Of a stretch of DNA of 64,000 nt, positions 30,121 to 39,406 are shown one piece after another (position 1 is the first letter of the stretch; the number at the start of each line of letters is the position of its first letter). The notes below the pieces were generated by a model. It was not told the origin of the DNA and ran no database searches. It saw only the letters and a list, made by a program, of their open reading frames with translations. Both the position numbers and the translations under genes were made by a program. This DNA is from an uncultured Gammaproteobacteria bacterium (GTDB lineage Bacteria > Patescibacteriota > Patescibacteriia > CAZSQN01), in contig CAZSQN010000002.1 in NCBI GenBank assembly GCA_964609095.1, forward strand, positions 12,633 through 76,632, written 5' to 3'.

Positions 30121-31917
30121 TTAGGCAAGAAGAGCTTTGAGCTCTTCGCTTTCAATCGTTTCTTTTTCACAAAGAACTTCTGCCAAGGCATGCAGTTTGG
30201 AAATGCGTTCTTTAAGCAGTTCATTGACGCGCCCTCTTGAGGCGCTGATTATCTTTTCAACTTGCTCATCAATTACCTGCGAAGTCGCTTCGCTGTAATT
30301 TTTTCCGGCGCCTAAATCCTGGCCAAAAAAAGTCATCTCGCTCTCGTTGCCAAAAACGCGCTCTCCCAAATCGCTCATTCCGTACTTCATCACCATGTCT
30401 CTGGCGATTTTTGTCGCTTTTTCAAGATCGTTGGAAGCGCCGGTAAAGATGGATTTGATAACCATCTCTTCCGCCGCCCGGCCGCCAAAACAAACATCAA
30501 TTTCCGCGCGCAAACGCTCTTCGGACTTCAAATGCAGATCGTTTTCCGGAAACATCATGGTAACGCCGAGCGCCAGTCCGCGCGGCACAATGGTCACATG
30601 ACGCACAGGGTCGGCCTCAGCCGTGTAATGCGCGACAATCGCGTGCCCGGCTTCATGATAAGCGACAACGCGCTTCTCTTCCGGAGAAAATTTCACGCTA
30701 AGACGCGCCGGACCCATCAACACTCGGTCGCGCGCGGCGGAAAAATCACTTTCATCAGCGGCGTCTTTTTGCGCTCTAGCCGCGCCCAAAGCCGCTTCGT
30801 TCACCGTATTCTCAATATCCGCTCCGCTCATTCCAAAAGGCAGCCCCTTGGCCACGCGAGAGAGATCAACGGACGGCGCCAGCGCGATCTTTTTGGCATG
30901 AACGCGCAAAATAGCTTCGCGCGCCCTTGAATCAGGTATGGTGACAACCACATGCCTGTCAAATCTGCCGGGACGAAGCAAGGCAGTATCAAGCACATCC
31001 GGCCTGTTGGTCGCGGCCAAAATAACAATTCCCGGCCATTTAAGGAAACCGTCCATTTCTTTAAGCAGCTGGTTTAAGGTCTGCTCGCGCTCATCATTGC
31101 CCTGGCCAAGCCCGGCTCCGCGAGCTCTGCCGACCGCGTCTATTTCGTCAATAAAGACAATGCAAGGAGAGGCCTTGCGCGCGTGTTCAAAAAGCTCGCG
31201 CACTCTGGCCGCGCCGACTCCAACAAACATTTCCACGAATTCCGACCCGGATATCTGAAAAAATGAAACACCCGCTTCCCCGGCTGTAGCGCGGGCAAGA
31301 AGCGTTTTCCCGGTTCCCGGAGAGCCGATAAGAAGAACGCCCTTGGGCGCCCGCGCGCCAAGTTTTCCGTAGCGCTCCGGCGACTTCAGATAATTTACCG
31401 TTTCCAGCAAATCCGCCTTGGCTTCATCAGCTCCGGCCACATCGGCAAAAGTGGTTTTATTATCGCCAGGCCTTACCTGCCGGCTGCCGAGCTTGGCAAA
31501 ACTTGTCGCGGTTCCCTTGATGCCTTCGGCCATTCTCTTCACTCCCCAAAACAGCAAAAGAATGAACACGAGAGGAATAATGAGCGGGGCAACAATGGCA
31601 ACCCATCCGGCGCTTGGCTCTTGAACAACGGTTTTGACCCGTTTTTGCCGAAGCAATTTCAGATATTCAATTTCGCCCGGCGGCAAAACCGTTTCACGGA
31701 TTGTCTGATTTTTGGTCAACAATTTTATGGCATTGCCTTCAATTGTGACCTCAACCGCGTTTCCGGCCTCTACTTCATCCAAAAATTCGTCCCAGGAAAT
31801 CGTCCGGTTTTTACCGGACTTATTAACCAGCTGGGCAAGCAGCATTAACGCCGTGGCCAGAATAAACAAAATCAGGACTGTTTTGCCTTTTATCATGGCT
31901 CCCTTTCTCTTTTTCAA
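30121..31917 (-). CDS. ftsH: ATP-dependent zinc metalloprotease FtsH
   Basis: TM anchor; AAA Walker [14 protein letters not shown]; second region of homology; HEAGHAI zinc site; promoter with the AAGTTATGTGCGTGGTTGACA motif, 17-bp spacer and TAAGGT -10. Confidence 0.95.
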   Translation of the reverse strand: MKKRKGAMIKGKTVLILFILATALMLLAQLVNKSGKNRTISWDEFLDEVEAGNAVEVTIEGNAIKLLTKNQTIRETVLPPGEIEYLKLLRQKRVKTVVQEPSAGWVAIVAPLIIPLVFILLLFWGVKRMAEGIKGTATSFAKLGSRQVRPGDNKTTFADVAGADEAKADLLETVNYLKSPERYGKLGARAPKGVLLIGSPGTGKTLLARATAGEAGVSFFQISGSEFVEMFVGVGAARVRELFEHARKASPCIVFIDEIDAVGRARGAGLGQGNDEREQTLNQLLKEMDGFLKWPGIVILAATNRPDVLDTALLRPGRFDRHVVVTIPDSRAREAILRVHAKKIALAPSVDLSRVAKGLPFGMSGADIENTVNEAALGAARAQKDAADESDFSAARDRVLMGPARLSVKFSPEEKRVVAYHEAGHAIVAHYTAEADPVRHVTIVPRGLALGVTMMFPENDLHLKSEERLRAEIDVCFGGRAAEEMVIKSIFTGASNDLEKATKIARDMVMKYGMSDLGERVFGNESEMTFFGQDLGAGKNYSEATSQVIDEQVEKIISASRGRVNELLKERISKLHALAEVLCEKETIESEELKALLA

Positions 31918-32061
31918 AGAACCCGCGTTTACCTTACGAATTTTTGCTCATTGTGTCAACCACGCACATAACTTTTACACTAAAAAATTATGTGCGGTGT
32001 CAAATAAAAAACCCTTGCTCTTTTTAGGAACAAGGGATTTGCGGGAAAAAACTTTGGAGAT

Positions 32062-32286
32062 TTATCTGTCCAGAAAATGATTGTCCACGCGCCAAACCAA
32101 ATAGGCGAAAAAGAACATGACTCCCGAATAGAGGAAAGTAGCCCACGAATCCGGGCCAAGACGGCTCGTCCCAAACGCGAAAATCGCCAAGTTGGAAATT
32201 CCCAGCAAAATAAGAATAACCATGGTCGCTTTCGTTCCAAGCGCCATTTTGCGCTTTTCCATCTTTGCCTCCTTGAGGTTTTTCAA
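32062..32286 (-). CDS. small membrane protein, hypothetical
   Basis: 74 aa with two hydrophobic helices. Confidence 0.35.
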   Translation of the reverse strand: MKNLKEAKMEKRKMALGTKATMVILILLGISNLAIFAFGTSRLGPDSWATFLYSGVMFFFAYLVWRVDNHFLDR

Positions 32287-32301
32287 ACCGTTAAACGCTT
32301 C

Positions 32302-33267
32302 TTAGCGCGTTGCGTGATGAGGCAGATACGGACTTTCCAAAACGATAACAAATATCAATGCTCCCATGAGCAAAAGATAAAGCGCGAGCCACTTAAGACG
32401 GACTCCAAACGGTACGGGAGGAAGAGACAGCTCTTCGCTTGCCGTTTGGCCCAGCTCCTTGAGCTTTTTTTCAATTCCCCATCGCCACCAAAACAACCCG
32501 ACAACGAGACCGGCGAGAATAACGTCAAGAAGATCTATATACCACTTCTGTCCGCTAAATCCGGCCAGCATCAGAGCGGTCATAGAAGCCCAGCACAACA
32601 GCCCTATGCCAAACTTGAGCGGCCAGTTGAATTTGGAATCAGACAAAATAAAAATCCAAATCAAAAGCATTGACGGCTGGCGCGCGTAAAGCGTGAAGGC
32701 GAACAAGCACAAAAGCCCCACGTACTTAAACCATTCGCCAATGCTTTGCGTGACCCTGCCGCCGTCAAGCGGGCTCACGGGAATGAGATTGAACAAGTTC
32801 AGGAAGATTCCCGTAAAGCTCAAAAGAAGAATAATCTCCGGCCTCTGCGGCAAGAGCCACCAGACGCCAAAAAGCGCGACGGCGGCAATGCTTCCAATAA
32901 GCGGTCCGCCGTAACCCACGAATGACTCTTCTTCGCGGCTTTGAAACGGCGGAGCAAAAATAACGGCTCCAAGCATTGGGATAAAAACCGGCGCCTTGGT
33001 CGGCATACCCTTCATCTTCATCGCCAGCACATGCCCCATTTCGTGGACAAAGAGCAGGAGGGTGAAGCCGACGGCAAACCACGGACCAAGCCAGAAGGCG
33101 TAGACAAAAGCGGAAATTGCCATGGAGAAGAAGGTCACCAAAATCTTGCCGAACTTCAGCAATTTGAGCGCCTTCAAAATCTTTCCGGCTTTGAGGAAAA
33201 GTCCGAACGCCGCGGCAATTAGTCCTTTTCCTTTGAATTTGTTCGCGCTTGTTCCCATTGCGTTCAT
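32302..33267 (-). CDS. site-2 protease (peptidase M50) family intramembrane metalloprotease
   Basis: HEMGHVLAM within a TM helix plus downstream NLIPVSPLDGGRV LDG motif; polytopic. Confidence 0.7.
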   Translation of the reverse strand: MNAMGTSANKFKGKGLIAAAFGLFLKAGKILKALKLLKFGKILVTFFSMAISAFVYAFWLGPWFAVGFTLLLFVHEMGHVLAMKMKGMPTKAPVFIPMLGAVIFAPPFQSREEESFVGYGGPLIGSIAAVALFGVWWLLPQRPEIILLLSFTGIFLNLFNLIPVSPLDGGRVTQSIGEWFKYVGLLCLFAFTLYARQPSMLLIWIFILSDSKFNWPLKFGIGLLCWASMTALMLAGFSGQKWYIDLLDVILAGLVVGLFWWRWGIEKKLKELGQTASEELSLPPVPFGVRLKWLALYLLLMGALIFVIVLESPYLPHHATR

Positions 33268-33458
33268 TGCGCATCCTTTCTCTTTATCAAAGAACGATTA
33301 ACTAAAATTAAACCAAAAATCCTCATTTGTCAACTATTGTGCTAATATAAGAATCATGCCCCGCACATAACTTGGATATTTACCAAACCTAATGCGGGGT
33401 ATCAAAAGATGACACATGACATAAATTGTGTGACGAATTAACAAATTATGTGCGGGGT

Positions 33459-34715
33459 ATGAGCAAAGAAAATAAAACAATCTATGATGTGGCCGTAATA
33501 GGCGGCGGCCCTGCTGGCATGATGGCGGCGGGGCGAGCAGCCGAGCTTGGAGCCAGGGTCATTCTGATTGAAAAAAACAAAGAACTGGGGAAAAAGCTTC
33601 TTATAACCGGCGGCGGCAGATGCAACCTGACCAACGCCGAAATGGATACCCGCAAATTTTTGGGAAAGCTCAAAGAAAGCGCCAAATTTCTTTTTTCCGC
33701 TTTTGCTGAATTCGGCGTGAAAGAAACTCTGGATTTTTTCCATAACCGCGGCCTAGAAACAAAAGTTGAAGCGGAAAAGCGCGTATTCCCCAAGAGCGAC
33801 AGCGCCCAATCCGTCTGGAACGTTCTCCGTGAGTACATGATGGCTGGCGGCGTCACCGTCGCTCTTGATTCCCCCGCCACCGGATTTGCCAAAAGGGAAG
33901 ATAAAATTACCTCAATCGGGCTTAAAAACAAAAAAGAAATATTTGCCAAATCTTTTATTCTGGCTACCGGCGGAAAATCTTACCCCGAAACCGGTTCCAC
34001 CGGAGACGGTTTTATTTGGCTTAAGGAGCTGGGACACAAAGTGACGGAGTCCGGCGCCGCGCTCGTGCCGGTGGCCATAGGCGATATCTGGGTCCGGCAG
34101 CTCCAGGGGGTCAGCTTGCCGAGAGTTAAAATAACCATCTTGCAAAACAATATAAAGCAGGAATCTAACAAAGGAAAAATCCTTTTTACCCACTTCGGAC
34201 TCTCCGGCCCGGCAATACTCAATATAAGCTCGCAAATCGGCGAACTTTTGGGATACGGCGATGTGGTTATTTCTCTGGATATTTTGCCGGAGCTGGACCA
34301 CGGCGCCTTAAATGAAAAATTACAGGAGATATTTAAAGAAAACAGCAATAAAAAATTTAAAAACAGTTTGGCAGGGCTTCTGCCCGCGGCTATAGCCGGC
34401 GCGGTTGTGGTCAAATCAGGCATCAATCAGGACAAATTCTGCCACAGTATCACCCGCGTTGAGCGGCTCAAGCTTATCAAATTCCTAAAAGATTTAAGGA
34501 TGAAAGCGGCCGGGCTGCTGGGCGCAAAAAAGGCCATTGTCACTTCCGGCGGAGTGGAGCTTGCCGAAGTGGACTTTAAAACCATGCGCTCGCGCCTTTA
34601 CCAAAATCTCTACCTTGTCGGCGATATTTTGAACATTGACCGCCCTTCCGGCGGCTACAGCCTCCAGCTCTGCTGGACTACCGGATACGTTGCCGGAAGA
34701 AACGCGGCGGAATAA
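33459..34715 (+). CDS. HI0933/YhiN-family FAD-dependent flavoprotein
   Basis: DVAVIGGGPAGMMAAGRAAELGARVILIEKN Rossmann dinucleotide motif and ITGGGRCNLTN block; start at ATG 33459 inside the longer ORF. Confidence 0.8.
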   Translation: MSKENKTIYDVAVIGGGPAGMMAAGRAAELGARVILIEKNKELGKKLLITGGGRCNLTNAEMDTRKFLGKLKESAKFLFSAFAEFGVKETLDFFHNRGLETKVEAEKRVFPKSDSAQSVWNVLREYMMAGGVTVALDSPATGFAKREDKITSIGLKNKKEIFAKSFILATGGKSYPETGSTGDGFIWLKELGHKVTESGAALVPVAIGDIWVRQLQGVSLPRVKITILQNNIKQESNKGKILFTHFGLSGPAILNISSQIGELLGYGDVVISLDILPELDHGALNEKLQEIFKENSNKKFKNSLAGLLPAAIAGAVVVKSGINQDKFCHSITRVERLKLIKFLKDLRMKAAGLLGAKKAIVTSGGVELAEVDFKTMRSRLYQNLYLVGDILNIDRPSGGYSLQLCWTTGYVAGRNAAE

Positions 34716-34723
34716 AAAAACGA

Positions 34724-34981
34724 TTAAGAATTTTTATTTTTCCTTTCTTCCGTTTCTCTTTTTAAATAATCAAGCAGGCGCTCCAGATTTCCCTTGGCTT
34801 GAACCCGGTCCAATCCGCCGACGCATTCTTGCTCCGTGCTTATCCATTCTTCCTGCACGTCATAGTCAAAAGAATTAAAATCATAATTATCCAATCCTTT
34901 CAAAAGTTCATTAATCTCCGCGTCTATTCTTTCAACCTCTTCCGGTGAAAACAGTTGTTCTCTGTTTTTAGGTATTTCCAT
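34724..34981 (-). CDS. hypothetical small acidic protein
   Basis: 85 aa, no motifs. Confidence 0.35.
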   Translation of the reverse strand: MEIPKNREQLFSPEEVERIDAEINELLKGLDNYDFNSFDYDVQEEWISTEQECVGGLDRVQAKGNLERLLDYLKRETEERKNKNS

Positions 34982-35072
34982 ATACGGATGATCGGTTAAA
35001 AAATAATTTATAAAACCTTTTTGCGCAAACTGCGCAAATCTAAAATTTTTCTTATTCTACCATTCGCGCGAA

Positions 35073-35333
35073 TTAGAGCAGGTTAATGATCTGCTTGGCT
35101 TCCGGCTTGAGATTCGGAGCCAAACTATAAAACATCTGCAAACTCCTCTGCTCTTTCTCCAGAATATCAGCACCGGCCAAAATCCTCAAATGCTTTGAAG
35201 TTGCTTTAAAAGAAAGTCTAATCGCTTCCGCTGCTTCAGATACCGGCGCTTCTTTATGAGATTTAATATACTTAAGTATCGCCAGCCTGCGGTGATTGGC
35301 CAAAGCCTTTAGAGTTTTTTCAATCTTTTTCAT
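35073..35333 (-). CDS. ArsR/SmtB-family winged-helix transcriptional regulator
   Basis: 86 aa; LANHRRLAILKYI...VSEAAEAIRLSFKATSKHLRIL HTH; flanked on both sides by ATTCGCGCGAAT palindromes (35062-35073 and 35391-35402). Confidence 0.65.
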   Translation of the reverse strand: MKKIEKTLKALANHRRLAILKYIKSHKEAPVSEAAEAIRLSFKATSKHLRILAGADILEKEQRSLQMFYSLAPNLKPEAKQIINLL

Positions 35334-35471
35334 AAGTTTATTTAAAATAAGACTTAATCCATTCTAAAAAGAGCATAACACTATTCTACCATTCGCGCGA
35401 ATTAGAGCAGAGAGAGTGTGGGCGTGCGGTTGCAGAGAGGCAAGAAATCTCTTATAATAAGGCATTAATAT

Positions 35472-35966
35472 ATGCAGGTACCAAAAAGAAAACCGGGGAA
35501 ATTCGCCCATCTCAAAGCCGACCAGAATATTACTGAAGAGAAGTTTGAAGAGCTTAAAGCCGAACTGGAACGGCTTAAGAAATTCAGCTTGCCAGCCGCG
35601 GCCGAAGAAGTCGCGACTCTCGCGCAAATGGGCGACTTTTCCGAAAACGCCGCTTACCAGATGGCCAAAGGCCGGCTCCGCGGAATAAACCAACGGATTT
35701 TGGAATTGGAAGACCGGATAAAATACGCGGTAATAATCAAGCCGTCAAAAAACGCCCAGACCGTCGGGCTTGGGCATAAAGTAACTATTGAATCAGGAGG
35801 AGAGTCAAAAACTTATCTAATACTCGGCTCGGCGGAAACAGACCCCTTAAAAGGAATTATTTCCCAAAACTCCCCATTGGGCTCCGCCCTTATGGGCCGC
35901 AAACTCGGCGACAAAATAAAAATCCCGCCAAAAGGAGTGGAGTGGAAGATTTTGAAGATAGAATAA
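35472..35966 (+). CDS. greA: transcription elongation factor GreA
   Basis: 164 aa; GDFSENAAYQMAKGRLRGINQRILELED; the last 60 bp are duplicated at 36905-36966 beyond an inserted island. Confidence 0.9.
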   Translation: MQVPKRKPGKFAHLKADQNITEEKFEELKAELERLKKFSLPAAAEEVATLAQMGDFSENAAYQMAKGRLRGINQRILELEDRIKYAVIIKPSKNAQTVGLGHKVTIESGGESKTYLILGSAETDPLKGIISQNSPLGSALMGRKLGDKIKIPPKGVEWKILKIE

Positions 35967-35995
35967 ATTCAAATCGCAACTATTCTACCATTCGC

Positions 35996-36034
35996 ACGCC
36001 TGCCCCGTAGTGAGCTGCGCTCTACTACTGGGGA
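35996..36034. repeat. 38-nt near-palindromic hairpin element (left copy) inserted into a copy of the CTATTCTACCATTCGCGCGAATTAGAGCAG unit
   Basis: ACGCCTGCCCCGTAGTGAGCTGCGCTCTACTACTGGGG; an inverted partner at 36737-36775 flanks the NUDIX gene. Confidence 0.5.
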
Positions 36035-36051
36035 ATTAGAGCAGGTGGGAA

Positions 36052-36648
36052 TTAAATTTCTATATTTTCTAAAATATATTTTAACGGATAAACAATGTCG
36101 TTTCTGGTCTTTATTTCCTCCGGCTTTAACCAACGGAAACTACTGGCTTCGTCATTTAATCGCAAATTTTCTTTTTCCGAATTAATCTTCACCAAATACA
36201 AATGCCATAAATGGTGATCGCTCCCCCTACGGCACGAATCGCCGGGCAGATGAAATTCTTTCACAAATTTAAAATCTTCTTTTGGCAATTCCAAACCTAT
36301 TTCTTCCATTAATTCTCTCCGCACCGCAATAAGCGCGTCTTCTCCCTTATCAACATGGCCGGCGGGCAAGGCGTAAGCAAAAGGGAAAGTCGCGCGCATG
36401 ACTACAAGCCATTCGCCTTTTTCGTTTAAAATAATAGCTCCGGTACTTTCATGCCAATAATTCTTGTCTTCATCTATCCACCAATTTACAGCGTTATCAA
36501 TAACCAAAGACCTTTCTTCCGTGGCGCCGCAGCTCTTGCAAAAATAATAAGTCTTTCCGTCTTTAAAAACTCTTTCCACTTTTGCGGAATTGCACTTTAG
36601 GCAATATTGCCCTTCTATTTTTATATCTATATTTGAATTTATTTTCAT
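36052..36648 (-). CDS. NUDIX hydrolase with N-terminal CxxC-x16-CxxC zinc ribbon
   Basis: Nudix box GHVDKGEDALIAVRRELMEEIGLEL; N-terminal CLKCNS...CKSCGA; carried on an inserted, IR-flanked segment. Confidence 0.75.
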   Translation of the reverse strand: MKINSNIDIKIEGQYCLKCNSAKVERVFKDGKTYYFCKSCGATEERSLVIDNAVNWWIDEDKNYWHESTGAIILNEKGEWLVVMRATFPFAYALPAGHVDKGEDALIAVRRELMEEIGLELPKEDFKFVKEFHLPGDSCRRGSDHHLWHLYLVKINSEKENLRLNDEASSFRWLKPEEIKTRNDIVYPLKYILENIEI

Positions 36649-36736
36649 AAAAAAACCATATTACGCTACTCCTGTTTAGAATAAACATAACATGGTTAGG
36701 TCAATTTCTACAAAACTTTTACTCTATTCTCTTATT

Positions 36737-36775
36737 CCCCAGCAGTAGAAGCTTTGCTTCACTACGGGGCAGGCG
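36737..36775. repeat. right inverted copy of the 38-nt hairpin element
   Basis: CCCCAGCAGTAGAAGCTTTGCTTCACTACGGGGCAGGCG; its reverse complement matches 35996-36034 at both arms, with a diverged centre. Confidence 0.5.
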
Positions 36776-36904
36776 CGCGAATAAGGAGTACAGTTTAAGG
36801 TTATAAACCTTAGTCTTATTCGTACGAATTTGACTAGGGTTAGATTGACTGTCTCTTAGTCGTGCGATTAAGAGAGTAGTTGGAATTGGAAATCGGGCAG
36901 GCAC

Positions 36905-36992
36905 CTCGGCGACACAATAAAAATCCCACCCAAAAAGGGGTGGAGTGGAAGATAGTGAGGATAGAATAAATGCTCCACGTGGAGCATTTTTT
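36905..36992 (+). pseudogene. displaced duplicate of the greA 3' end plus its rho-independent terminator
   Basis: GGCGACACAATAAAAATCCCACCCAAAAAGGGGTGGAGTGGAAGATAGTGAGGATAGAATAAA is about 85% identical to greA 35905-35966, followed by the hairpin ATGCTCCACGTGGAGCAT + T6; flanked by the TAGTCTTATTCGTACGAA inverted repeat at 36811-36829 and 37014-37031. Confidence 0.55.
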
Positions 36993-37043
36993 AAAACACT
37001 ATTCTCTTAAGAACCTTTCGTACGAATAAGACTATAATTTTAA

Positions 37044-37778
37044 TTATTTTAACGCTTGCTGAATTCGTTTAAATCCGTTTCTGCTTATGTTATTTTGTGA
37101 TAAAACCGGCGATCTACTCTTTAAAATTATGATATTTTTATAAGTTTTTAATTCTTTTACTTTCTCAAACCATTGACCCTTCTTCATTATTACTATTAAA
37201 GCTTTACGACTAATTGCCTGTCTAACTAAACCAAAATTATATTTTTGACACTCCAGTATTTTACCTAAAGGCCTATAATTTCTAGAATGGTAAGGAAAAA
37301 ATTCTATACAACAAATCTTTTTTGAAATATTCTTATAGTCTTCTTTATTTTTAATAAAATGTTGCCAAACCTTTAGCCAATATCTAAACCCGCCGTATAA
37401 TCTATAAGCGGGATTTAAGTCATAAAACGAATATTCTAATTCTTCGCGCAAATTATTTTTAAGTATATCTTTTTTTAATTTGGGATAAACTTTCAAAGCA
37501 TGATCCTCTTCATCTTCAAATCCTGGAGGAACATCAGAACCCGGGTTTAACTGTAATAAAATAATCTTTGTATTAAATGGATTACCCTGAAAAGGAACAG
37601 GCAAACTATTGGTATCTATTTTGTGTTCCGGCCTACGCTTTTCTTTTTCATTAATATCATCAATAATCTTCTTATCTTCATCTAATAAATAAGGCGGCGA
37701 TTTACGATTAAATTTTCTCCACGGATTTATCTTATTTAATCTTTCTTCCATATTGCTTTGGAAAATACTCTTTTCCAA
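37044..37778 (-). CDS. hypothetical protein, island gene P1 (AT-rich, no recognisable family)
   Basis: 244 aa; conserved-looking blocks LPVPFQGNPFNTKIILLQLNPG and CCIEFFPYHSRNYRP; overlaps P2 by 47 bp. Confidence 0.5.
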   Translation of the reverse strand: MEKSIFQSNMEERLNKINPWRKFNRKSPPYLLDEDKKIIDDINEKEKRRPEHKIDTNSLPVPFQGNPFNTKIILLQLNPGSDVPPGFEDEEDHALKVYPKLKKDILKNNLREELEYSFYDLNPAYRLYGGFRYWLKVWQHFIKNKEDYKNISKKICCIEFFPYHSRNYRPLGKILECQKYNFGLVRQAISRKALIVIMKKGQWFEKVKELKTYKNIIILKSRSPVLSQNNISRNGFKRIQQALK

Positions 37779-38346
37779 CCTGCCATAAATATTTATCTAT
37801 CTGTTTTAAATCAAATGATTCTAAATCATAATGTTTTCTAAAATTAGACAGAATATCTTTAAATTTTGAGTATATTTTCAAATCCTCGTTATCAAAATCA
37901 AACTCCTTTTCTTTACAATGAATGAGCATTTTTGCTACAAATGAGTCATAAATTGGATACTCTGTTGGATTATGGTGGCTACAATATTTTGTTGCAAATG
38001 AATACAAATGTGATTCTTTAGCTTTTTTGCTTATATGAATTTTATGACCGGATGCAATTTTCTCAACTAAATCAAGATTGTTATTTCTCAAATCGTTATC
38101 AATATTCAAACTCACAATATGTTTAGCTAAAACAAATATTTTGCGAATTTGTGTACTATAAAATTGGTTCAAGGTGCAAACTTTGACTAAGACATCGTCT
38201 AAATCAGTGTTAAATGGATATGTTTTTGTAAACAATTTTTTTAAGCTACTCTCTTGCAAACTATAATCATCGAAAGTTTCCCATGCCTTGAGATAATGTT
38301 CAACTTCTTTCAACGATGGTTTTGGTATATTTAAATTTTTTGACAT
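37732..38346 (-). CDS. hypothetical protein, island gene P2 (AT-rich, no recognisable family)
   Basis: 204 aa; strongly AT-biased codons unlike flanking genes; possibly translationally coupled to P1. Confidence 0.5.
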   Translation of the reverse strand: MSKNLNIPKPSLKEVEHYLKAWETFDDYSLQESSLKKLFTKTYPFNTDLDDVLVKVCTLNQFYSTQIRKIFVLAKHIVSLNIDNDLRNNNLDLVEKIASGHKIHISKKAKESHLYSFATKYCSHHNPTEYPIYDSFVAKMLIHCKEKEFDFDNEDLKIYSKFKDILSNFRKHYDLESFDLKQIDKYLWQVGKEYFPKQYGRKIK

Positions 38347-38413
38347 ATTATTCCTTCTTCTTAAGTGCGAGGCAAGTGGAGTTAGAGCAAAGGCATTCTG
38401 CGGATTTTTAAAC

Positions 38414-39406
38414 CTACGCCAACAATTGCGTTACCAGCGCCACCATTTGTTCTTTTTTCTTGGGGTCGCTCTCGGCAATAAGCAGCGTGAGCGCGGTCAA
38501 GCATGCCGGATTAATATTGCGAATGCCTTTGGCGCGGTATCTACGCAAAAACCAGACAAAAGCAAAAGCGCCGGAGCGTTTGTTGCCGTCCGTAAACGGA
38601 TGATTCTTGACCATGAAGTAGAGTAGATGCGCGGCTTTCTCTTCCACGCTCCCGTAAAGCTGCCGACCGCCAAACGATTGCATCACATTTCCGGCAATAC
38701 CCTCAATGCTCCCCTCTTTCCTTTCCTGTGCAAACAAATCCGCGGCCTCGCCTTTCTTCATAAGCTCGGCTCGCAAATTCTGTATGGCGCGAGCCAATTC
38801 TTCGCCGGTAAGCTTAATTGCTTTTTTAGTTCTGCCGATTACTTTAAGCTCTTCTTTGTCATACGCGTTAAGCGAAATCCACGTGCTCGCGAATTCTTTA
38901 ATCAGTTCCAGGACGGCTTTAGGGTCAAGCGTAATGTGTTCAGGCAGGAGCGTCTGAATATCGGCAACCGCTTTCATAAACGCGTCGTAATTTTGAGCGA
39001 TGCGTTTGCGATTTATGGTATAGCCCTTGGTAATATGCCCGCGCAAAGTTTTGGTGGCCCACTGGCGAAAATTGGTGGCTGTTTTGGAGTTGATACGATA
39101 CCCAACCGAAATAATGGCATCAAGATTATAATAATCCACTTGATACATCTTTCCGTCAGCGGCAGTTGTTGCAATTTTTGCAACAACTGAATCTCTGCTT
39201 AATTCGCCCTCTTTAAAAATATTTTTTAAATGACGAGAGATAACCGATTTATCACGTCCAAAAACTTCGGCGATTTGGTCAAGTGTTGCCAAAATACTTT
39301 CACGCTCAAAATCGCCCCGAAGCTCAATAGCTCCGGAAGGCGCTTGATAAATTATCATCTGCTTGTCTTGTTTTTTATCTTTCATAAATCCACTCAATCT
39401 TACCAA
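38414..39406 (-). CDS. RhuM-family N-terminal domain fused to a Fic/Doc (FIDO) domain protein
   Basis: Fic motif HPFTDGNKRSGAF; N-terminal YQVDYYNLDAIISVGYRINSKTATNFRQWATKTL resembles RhuM-family proteins. Confidence 0.75.
   Translation of the reverse strand: MVRLSGFMKDKKQDKQMIIYQAPSGAIELRGDFERESILATLDQIAEVFGRDKSVISRHLKNIFKEGELSRDSVVAKIATTAADGKMYQVDYYNLDAIISVGYRINSKTATNFRQWATKTLRGHITKGYTINRKRIAQNYDAFMKAVADIQTLLPEHITLDPKAVLELIKEFASTWISLNAYDKEELKVIGRTKKAIKLTGEELARAIQNLRAELMKKGEAADLFAQERKEGSIEGIAGNVMQSFGGRQLYGSVEEKAAHLLYFMVKNHPFTDGNKRSGAFAFVWFLRRYRAKGIRNINPACLTALTLLIAESDPKKKEQMVALVTQLLA

Noticed and set aside
35041-36800. Possible CRISPR array from repeated ~30-bp unit CTATTCTACCATTCGCGCGAATTAGAGCAG
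   Set aside because: There are only 3-5 copies, irregularly spaced at 300-700 bp, with whole genes (arsR, greA, NUDIX) between them. The unit contains a palindromic operator-like core, and no cas genes are present. It is interpreted as an operator/intergenic repeat instead.
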